NCBI GenBank assembly: GCA_022563595.1
Contig: JADFNB010000007.1
Span: forward strand, 14,975-78,974
Direction: 5' to 3'
DNA: 64,000 nt
Source: Gemmatimonadota bacterium
GTDB lineage: Bacteria > Gemmatimonadota > Gemmatimonadetes > Gemmatimonadales > GWC2-71-9
Below the pieces are notes generated by a model that was given only the letters and a program-made list of their open reading frames with translations, ran no database searches and was not told the DNA's origin. Positions 57,526-64,000 of this stretch are shown here, piece by piece (position 1 is the stretch's first letter; every line of letters starts with the position of its first letter). Made by a program: the position numbers and the translations under genes.

Positions 57526-60277
57526 GACGCGGGTCCACGATATCGCAGCGGAGTTCGGTATCCCGAGCGAGCAGCTCATTCAGTTGCTCGCCGATCTAGG
57601 CGTGCACGTGCGCAGTCACCTGTCTTCACTCGACTCGGGGCAGACCGCGTTGGTGCGCGCCCGGTGGGAACGCGACAAGCGGCGCAAGAGCGCGAGCGAC
57701 CCTAAAAAGAAGACCAAGCGCCGGACCAAGAAGACGGCTAGAGCCCCCGAGGCGGAACCCGCCCCCACCCGACCGCGCAGGCGCCGCCGCCCCGCCGCCG
57801 AGGTTGCCGCCCGCGCCGAGAAGGAGGAGCGCATTCTGGCCGCCGCCGCCGCCGAAGTGGAACAGGCGGCCATGGCTATCGAGCCTGCCGCACGCGAACA
57901 GACGCTCGAGGAACGTGCGGCAGCCCTGTTCAAGGATGCTCCCGCGGTCTCTGAAGCCGGTGCGGAAGCCCCCGCAGCTCCCGGCGTGGAGGTGGTAACG
58001 CCGCCGGCGGCGCCGGAAGACGTCGGCGTAGCCGCGTCGGAAGAAGTTGCCGCACCGGTGCTCGAGGCGTCGCAGCCCGCAGCACAGGCGGCTGACTCAG
58101 CGGCCAAACCCACCGCACCAGCTGAGACGGCCGGGCCCGGGCCGGTCAAGCCACTCCGCGTGCAGCGTCCCGCCAGGGCGCCGCGCATCAAGCCGGTCGC
58201 GTCCGCAGCGCCCAAGCCGGTGGCGTCCGCCGCGCCGGGCGAGCCGACCACCGAGGAGCGAGGCCGCGAGAAGGGCGGCAAGAAGCGGCGCAAGGGAGGC
58301 AAACGATCGCAGGTCGACCAGGCGGCCGTGCAGGCCAATATCAGCCGGACACTCGCCTCCCTGAAGGGCGGCCCCAGAGGAAAGGGGCACCGCCGGGGAT
58401 TCGAGACCAGTTTCCGCGAGCGCGAAACGCAACGGCTCCACGAGGAAAAGGAGCGCGAGAAGACGCTGGTCCGGGTCAACGAGTTCATCACCGTCTCCGA
58501 ACTCTCCGATATCCTAAAGGTGAACCGGACCGAGATCGTCTCGTTCTGTTTCAAGGAACTCGGGATGATGGTAACCGTGAACCAGCGGCTGGATTTCGAC
58601 CAGATCGAGCTGATAGCGGGTGCGTTCGGCTTCCAGGCGGTGCAGGAGGAGGAGTACTCGCCGACTGACGCTCTCCAAGAGGCCGAAGCTGACACACCGG
58701 AAAACCTCCGGTCGCGGCCACCGGTAGTCACCGTCATGGGCCACGTCGATCACGGCAAGACGTCGTTGCTCGACCACATCCGCAAAGCCAACGTAATCGC
58801 CGGCGAGGCGGGCGGGATCACCCAGCACATCGGCGCCTACCATGTCGAGGTCGCCGACGGGAAGGGAATCACGTTCCTCGATACGCCGGGGCACCAGGCG
58901 TTCACCGCAATGCGCGCACGCGGTGCGCAGATCACCGACCTGGTAGTGCTCGTCGTGGCCGCCGACGACCAGGTCATGCCGCAGACGATCGAGGCGATCA
59001 GCCACGCAAAGAACGCCGGCGTGCCGCTAGTGGTGGCCATCAACAAGATCGACCTTCCCTCCGCCAACGTGGAGAAGGTGAAGCAGGATCTGTTACAGCA
59101 TGAAGTCATCCTCGAGGAGTTCGGTGGTGAGACGCTCGCATCACCCATCTCCGCCAAGACGGGGCAGGGTATCGAGGAACTGCTCGAGAAGATCCTGCTC
59201 CAGGCCGAGCTGCTCGACAAGAAGGCCAATCCGGATCGCGATGCCCGCGGGACGGTGGTCGAAAGCTCGTTGGACGCGGGTAAGGGTCCGGTTGCGACAA
59301 TCCTCATCCAGAACGGGACCTTGAAGATCGGGGCCAACTTCATCTGCGGGAACCTCTCCGGCCGCGTGCGCGCGATGCTCGACGAGCGTGGGCAGCGGGT
59401 GGAGGAGGCGGGTCCGTCCATGCCCGTCCAGGTCCTGGGCCTCGATGGTGTCCCGCAGGCCGGCGATCACTTCACGGTGGTGCGGGACGCCAGGACGGCG
59501 CGCGAGATCGCGCAGAAGCGCCAGCGCCTCGACCGTGAAGCGGTGCACCGGCGTGCCTCGCGGGGCCTGTCGCTGGAGGATCTCTCCAGGAAGATCGAAG
59601 AGGGTGATGTCCAGGCGCTCAAGATCATCATCAAGGCCGATCAGGATGGCCCGGCCGAGGCTCTCGCCGACGCGTTCGCGCAGCTCTCGACCGACGAGGT
59701 GGCGGTGCGGGTGATTCACCGCGGCGTGGGAGCGATCACCGAGAGCGATGTGTTGCTCGCCAAGGCGTCGGAGGCGGTCGTCGTCGGCTTCCACGTGCGG
59801 CCCGACTCGAAGGCCCGCGCGGCAGCCGAGCGGGAGCGGGTCGACATCCGTACCTACCGCGTGATCTACGAGGCGGTCGAGGAGATGCGATCGGCCCTCG
59901 AGGGCCTCCTGGCCCCCGAAGAGAGAGAGATCGTTTTGGGATCGGCCGAGGTGCTTCAGATCTTCAAGATCTCGGGGCTCGGTGTGATCGCCGGGTGCCT
60001 CGTGTCGTCGGGCACCATCACCCGGGCGGCCAAGGTGCGGGTTGTACGCGACGGCGTCGAGATCTACGACAGCGTGATCGCAAGCCTGAGACGCTTCAAG
60101 GACGACGTGCGTGAGGTCAAGGAAGGACTCGAGTGCGGTATCGGAATCGAGAACTTCAACGACGTGAAGGTGCGGGACGTGCTGGAGGCCTACCGCATCG
60201 AGCAGATCGCACGGACGCTGGAGGTCGCCGATACCGGCGAGTGGGGCGCGCAGGCGAAAGTCTCGAAAGAGCAGTGA
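57515..60277 (+). CDS. infB: translation initiation factor IF-2
   Basis: The GTG start is preceded by GGAGG. The product has an Ala/Pro/Glu/Lys-rich N-region and a GTPase domain (VMGHVDHGKTSLLD, DTPGH, NKID). Confidence 0.95.
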   Translation: MATKTRVHDIAAEFGIPSEQLIQLLADLGVHVRSHLSSLDSGQTALVRARWERDKRRKSASDPKKKTKRRTKKTARAPEAEPAPTRPRRRRRPAAEVAARAEKEERILAAAAAEVEQAAMAIEPAAREQTLEERAAALFKDAPAVSEAGAEAPAAPGVEVVTPPAAPEDVGVAASEEVAAPVLEASQPAAQAADSAAKPTAPAETAGPGPVKPLRVQRPARAPRIKPVASAAPKPVASAAPGEPTTEERGREKGGKKRRKGGKRSQVDQAAVQANISRTLASLKGGPRGKGHRRGFETSFRERETQRLHEEKEREKTLVRVNEFITVSELSDILKVNRTEIVSFCFKELGMMVTVNQRLDFDQIELIAGAFGFQAVQEEEYSPTDALQEAEADTPENLRSRPPVVTVMGHVDHGKTSLLDHIRKANVIAGEAGGITQHIGAYHVEVADGKGITFLDTPGHQAFTAMRARGAQITDLVVLVVAADDQVMPQTIEAISHAKNAGVPLVVAINKIDLPSANVEKVKQDLLQHEVILEEFGGETLASPISAKTGQGIEELLEKILLQAELLDKKANPDRDARGTVVESSLDAGKGPVATILIQNGTLKIGANFICGNLSGRVRAMLDERGQRVEEAGPSMPVQVLGLDGVPQAGDHFTVVRDARTAREIAQKRQRLDREAVHRRASRGLSLEDLSRKIEEGDVQALKIIIKADQDGPAEALADAFAQLSTDEVAVRVIHRGVGAITESDVLLAKASEAVVVGFHVRPDSKARAAAERERVDIRTYRVIYEAVEEMRSALEGLLAPEEREIVLGSAEVLQIFKISGLGVIAGCLVSSGTITRAAKVRVVRDGVEIYDSVIASLRRFKDDVREVKEGLECGIGIENFNDVKVRDVLEAYRIEQIARTLEVADTGEWGAQAKVSKEQ

Positions 60278-60292
60278 GGCGGAGGCCGGCTC

Positions 60293-60574
60293 GTGGTGGT
60301 GGCCGTCAGGACCTGGGACCTGCACCTGAACGGGTGCGCGTCGCTCAAGGACAAACGCCGGATCATCAAGAGCCTCAAGGACCGGCTCCATCAGCGATTC
60401 AATGTCTCCGTCGCCGAGACCGCGAGCCACGATCTCTGGCAGCGGGCGGAACTCACCTGTTGTGTGGTGGCGGGTGAGCGCCGGCAGGCCGAACGGGTGT
60501 TGGCCTCGGCCGAGCGGCTCGTCGCCGCGCACCAACTCACGCGGATCATCGACGCTGCGACCAGCTTCGTATGA
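60293..60574 (+). CDS. DUF503 domain protein (YlxP-like)
   Basis: The product shows LHLNGCASLKDKRRIIKSLKDRL and holds the conserved position between infB and rbfA. Confidence 0.8.
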   Translation: MVVAVRTWDLHLNGCASLKDKRRIIKSLKDRLHQRFNVSVAETASHDLWQRAELTCCVVAGERRQAERVLASAERLVAAHQLTRIIDAATSFV

Positions 60575-60936
60575 CGCGCAGCCACCGCCATCGTCCCGAG
60601 CGCATCGCCGCCGTGATTCAGGAAACCCTGGCCGACGCCCTGGCCACCAAGGTGAAGGATCCGCGGATCGGGTTCGTCACCGTGACGAAAGTGGGCGTGA
60701 GTCGCGACGGTTCCCACGCCACCGTCCGGGTCAGCGTCATGGGGTCGGAAGAGGAGAAGCAGCAGGCGTTGACGGGACTCGAGAGCGCGCGTGGATTCCT
60801 ACGCAGCCACGTGGCGCGGATGCTGCCGCTTCGCGTAGCCCCGGAACTCCGATTCGAGCTGGACCGCGGGTTGGAGCACGCGCAGCAGATCGAACAGATC
60901 CTCTACCGGATCAAACGGGACGAGTCGGAGTCCTGA
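60571..60936 (+). CDS. rbfA: ribosome-binding factor A
   Basis: The product shows RIAAVIQETLADAL..KDPRIGFVTVT.V.VSRDGSHA.V. Confidence 0.9.
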   Translation: MTRSHRHRPERIAAVIQETLADALATKVKDPRIGFVTVTKVGVSRDGSHATVRVSVMGSEEEKQQALTGLESARGFLRSHVARMLPLRVAPELRFELDRGLEHAQQIEQILYRIKRDESES

Positions 60937-61793
60937 ACGACGGTTTCCTGCTGCTCGACAAGCCCGCCGGCTGCACGTCGCACGACGTGGTGGACGTGGC
61001 ACGCCGCGCCTTCGGTACGCGCCGGGTGGGGCACGCCGGTACGCTCGATCCATTCGCCACTGGGCTCTTACCACTCCTGGTGGGCCGGGCGACGCGGCTC
61101 ATGCAGTACGTTGTCGGCCTCTCGAAACGCTACGCCGGGACCATCCGCCTGGGCGAGCGGACCGATACCGACGATCTCACGGGCACGGTGCTCGCGTCCG
61201 ATGACCGGTGGCGCGCGGTGACGGACGAGGATCTCGAGCAGGCGACCCGGACCCACACCGGTCGTATCCTCCAGCGCCCGCCTGCTTTCTCGGCGAAGAA
61301 GGTCGCCGGTCAGCGCGCGTACCGGCGGGCGCAGCGCGGCGAGCCGCTCAACTTGGAGCCGCGTGAGGTAGAGGTCCTGCTCTTCGAGATCACCGCGCGT
61401 AGCGGGCGGGACTGCGACTTCGTGGCGGAGGTCGGCAGCGGTACCTACATCCGGTCACTGGCACGGGACGTGGGTGAGGCACTTGGGTGCGGGGCCCACC
61501 TGCACGCGTTGCGGCGGCTCGCGGTAGGGCGTTGGGACGTAGCAGCGGCCCTCCCGCTCAGCGCGCTCCGGGCGGGCACAGCCCGACTCGAGCCTCCCGC
61601 CGGCCTCGTCGCCCACCTCCCGCGCCATACAGTGACCCCGGAGGAACGGGACCTGGTGCGGCACGGTCGCCCACTGCCCGCGACCACGGAGGACACCGGA
61701 CCGGTAGCACTCCTCGCCGGCGATACGCTCGTCGCCGTGGCGGAATCGGTGGGCGGCATGCTTAAACCACGGGTCGTTTTGGAGGGCGAGTGA
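60933..61793 (+). CDS. truB: tRNA pseudouridine(55) synthase (start codon uncertain)
   Basis: The product shows GFLLLDKPAGCTSHDVV and RVGHAGTLDPFATGLLPLLVG. There is no ATG/GTG/TTG near the conserved N-terminus, so the CTG at 60933 is taken provisionally. Confidence 0.85.
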   Translation: MNDGFLLLDKPAGCTSHDVVDVARRAFGTRRVGHAGTLDPFATGLLPLLVGRATRLMQYVVGLSKRYAGTIRLGERTDTDDLTGTVLASDDRWRAVTDEDLEQATRTHTGRILQRPPAFSAKKVAGQRAYRRAQRGEPLNLEPREVEVLLFEITARSGRDCDFVAEVGSGTYIRSLARDVGEALGCGAHLHALRRLAVGRWDVAAALPLSALRAGTARLEPPAGLVAHLPRHTVTPEERDLVRHGRPLPATTEDTGPVALLAGDTLVAVAESVGGMLKPRVVLEGE

Positions 61794-62698
61794 ACGGTGC
61801 GGTGATCACGGTGGGGAGCTTCGATGGCGTCCACCTGGGACACCGGGCGGTGCTGGAGGAGATCGCCGACCGCGCGAAACGGTCCGATCGGCGCAGCGTA
61901 CTGGTCACCTTCGTGCCGCACCCAATGGAGGTGGTGAACCCGGAGGCGGCCCCGCGGTTGCTGACACTCGGTCACGAGCGCCGCGAGATCCTGGCACAGT
62001 CGGAGCTGGACGCGGTCGCGTTTCTCCCGTTCACACGCACGCTATCCCACTACGCCCCCGAAGAGTTCGTACGCCTGTTGCTCGACCGGTTCGACATGCG
62101 CGAGCTGGTGATCGGACACGACCACGGGTTCGGTCGCGGCCGGGCCGGTGGCATGGACACCCTGCGTGCGCTTGGCGACAAGCTGCGGTTTGCTGTGGAC
62201 GTCGTGGCCCCGGTCAAGGTCGGCGGTCGTGAGGTATCGTCGACCTTGATCCGGCGCGCCGTCGCGGGCGGGGATCTGGACACCGCCGCGCGGTTGCTGG
62301 GTCGCGCGTACTCGATGACCGGGCGGGTCATACCGGGAGCAGGGCGCGGCCGGGATCTCGGGTACCGAACGATCAATCTCGAGGCGCCAAACCGGCGGAA
62401 GCTATTGCCGCCGGAAGGGGTATATGCGGTCCGCGTCGAGTGGAAAGACGGGGCGTCGGGCGCGATGATGCACCTCGGTCCGCGACCGACGTTCGGCGAG
62501 AAGGCGCTATCGATCGAGGCACATCTGCTCGACGCAGACCCCGACCTCTACGGCAGCGAGGTCAAGGTTTCCTGGACCGCACGACTCCGGGACGTGGCGC
62601 GGTTCGCTTCGGCGGAGGCGCTCAAACAACAGCTCGACCGCGATTCCGCAGCCGCCCGCAAGGCGTTGGCGGTGCCACCCGGAGGGACGAGAGGTTAA
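61790..62698 (+). CDS. ribF: bifunctional riboflavin kinase / FMN adenylyltransferase
   Basis: The product shows GSFDGVHLGHRAV, GHDHGFGRGR, VSSTLIR and GRVIPGAGRGRDLGYRTINL. Confidence 0.9.
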   Translation: MNGAVITVGSFDGVHLGHRAVLEEIADRAKRSDRRSVLVTFVPHPMEVVNPEAAPRLLTLGHERREILAQSELDAVAFLPFTRTLSHYAPEEFVRLLLDRFDMRELVIGHDHGFGRGRAGGMDTLRALGDKLRFAVDVVAPVKVGGREVSSTLIRRAVAGGDLDTAARLLGRAYSMTGRVIPGAGRGRDLGYRTINLEAPNRRKLLPPEGVYAVRVEWKDGASGAMMHLGPRPTFGEKALSIEAHLLDADPDLYGSEVKVSWTARLRDVARFASAEALKQQLDRDSAAARKALAVPPGGTRG

Positions 62699-62725
62699 CT
62701 TCTTCGCACTTTTTCCCATGCCAAG

Positions 62726-64000
62726 ATGCTGAGTTCCATCCGCAATCGACTCATATTGATCGGCGTTCTCACCGCCGCGAGCGTGTGGTCACTGATCCCC
62801 CGCGAGGTGACGGTGCGGCAGCTCGGCGCGGACGGCCGGATGCAGGATGTCGTCCAGAAACGCACGCCCCTCAAGCTGGGCCTGGACCTTCAGGGCGGGG
62901 TTCACCTCGCACTGGAGATCGACGAGAGCGCCGGCGTGGTGATCGACCGGGACGACGCGCTCGAGCGGGCGCTCGAGATCATCCGCCAACGGATCGACGA
63001 GTTCGGCGTGGCCGAGCCGACCGTCCAGAAAGTCGGTACCGAGCGGATCGTAGTGGAGTTGCCCGGGTTGCAGGAGGACCCGCAGCGGGCCAAGGAGATC
63101 ATCCAACGATCGGCCTTCCTCGAGTTCCGTATCACGGACATGGACGGAACGTTCCGGGATGCTCTCCCGCGCATCGACGCAGCCCTACGTCGCGCCGGTG
63201 TGACCGCCGACGCGCCGGCCGCGCCGAGCACGGTCGACCAGCTGCTGGGGCTGGACACGGGGAGCCCTGACTCCGCGAGCGCGGACACGGCCGACGTGGC
63301 CGATCTGCCGGGACCTCTGAGCACGCTCCTGTTCCAGGGCAGTGTCGAGGGCGAGTACCTCGTTCCCGAGGAGAGCTTCCCGCTGGCCGACAGCCTGCTC
63401 CGGATCCCGGAAGCGAAGCGGGCGATCCCGAGGGGGGTGGAGTTGTTCTGGGGTGCCGCACCCATCTCCCAGGGTAACAGGTCATACCGCCCGCTCTACG
63501 CCGTCGACAGCCGGGCGATCATCACCGGCGATCAGCTGGCGGACGCCCAAGCGACCCTGGACCAGCTCAGCGGTCAGGCGATCGTAACGTTCCAGCTGAC
63601 CCGGGCGGGCGGACGCGTGTTCGGCCGCGAGACGGGCAGACATGTTGGCGACAACATGGCCATCATCCTCGACAGAAGGGTGCAGGGCACGCCTCCGGTC
63701 ATCCGATCACAGATTACGCGTTCCGGCCAGATCGAGCTTGGCAACGCGACACTCGAAGAAGCGCTCGACCTGGCGCTGGTGCTGCGCGCCGGTGCGCTCC
63801 CGGTACCACTCGTGATCGTAGAGGAGCGGACCGTCGGTCCGAGCCTGGGACGCGACTCGATCGAGCAGGGCAAGCGTGCCATCATCATCGGCGCGGCACT
63901 GGTCGTCCTCGTCCTCGTCCTCTATTACCGCTTCGTCGGCCTCCTCGCAGTTGCCGCGCTCGGGTTCTATCTGCTCTTCACGCTCGGCGGCCTCGCCGGC
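62726..64000 (+). CDS. secD: protein translocase subunit SecD, 5' part (runs off the window end)
   Basis: I translated this by hand because it has no stop and so is absent from the track. It reads MLSSIRNRLILIGVLTAASVW...LKLGLDLQGGVHLALE...RIDEFGVAEPTVQKVG...VEERTVGPSLG, and the frame stays open to 64000. Confidence 0.9.
   Translation, partial: MLSSIRNRLILIGVLTAASVWSLIPREVTVRQLGADGRMQDVVQKRTPLKLGLDLQGGVHLALEIDESAGVVIDRDDALERALEIIRQRIDEFGVAEPTVQKVGTERIVVELPGLQEDPQRAKEIIQRSAFLEFRITDMDGTFRDALPRIDAALRRAGVTADAPAAPSTVDQLLGLDTGSPDSASADTADVADLPGPLSTLLFQGSVEGEYLVPEESFPLADSLLRIPEAKRAIPRGVELFWGAAPISQGNRSYRPLYAVDSRAIITGDQLADAQATLDQLSGQAIVTFQLTRAGGRVFGRETGRHVGDNMAIILDRRVQGTPPVIRSQITRSGQIELGNATLEEALDLALVLRAGALPVPLVIVEERTVGPSLGRDSIEQGKRAIIIGAALVVLVLVLYYRFVGLLAVAALGFYLLFTLGGLAG

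Noticed and set aside
1-64000. A search for CRISPR arrays, rRNA genes, IS elements, transposases and integrases.
   Set aside because: I found no spaced direct-repeat arrays. The only tandem repeat is coding (nusA). No ORF showed DDE, serine- or tyrosine-recombinase motifs.

Overview
GC-rich bacterial chromosomal segment. Gene content and the kinase N-terminal motifs (ALAERYRVEREIGAGG) suggest a Gemmatimonadota- or Acidobacteria-like organism, but this is inference only. Most of the window is tightly packed core housekeeping. It starts with a phenylacetyl-CoA oxygenase (paa) cluster with a TetR repressor (1-4172), followed by an ECF sigma module, a transporter and a Usp gene. About 13 kb of plus-strand genes then run with almost no spacers: yicC-gmk-rpoZ-coaBC-udg-dnaB-ispD-tsaC-ptp-aroE-comF-gap-pgk-tpiA-secG-carA. 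After that come HU/IHF, moaDE, trmL, mdh, queD, an NlpC/P60 peptidase, CIRCE-groESL, serS, uvrD and murA, then the rimP-nusA-infB-rbfA-truB-ribF block and the 5' part of secD. The one clearly accessory stretch is 8.1-12.4 kb. It holds a tRNA-Leu(CAA) whose 3' 45 bp is exactly duplicated 1325 bp downstream, bracketing a decayed insert, followed by three uncharacterised genes. The most interesting signal is an in-frame TGA at 35389-35391 in an AhpD/CMD-like gene. It sits exactly where the second Cys of the redox motif should be, and a hairpin with fdhF-like SECIS geometry follows it, so this is a candidate CxxU selenoprotein. Other points of note are a split PaaD, a PaaR-type operator, a pair of coupled genes sharing a YPEGH sensor-like N-domain (HEAT-repeat protein plus HD-GYP), a 51-bp tandem repeat inside nusA, and a truB with no canonical start codon. 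I saw no rRNA, CRISPR array, transposase or integrase. Many long ORFs in the track are antisense or out-of-frame artefacts of the high GC content.
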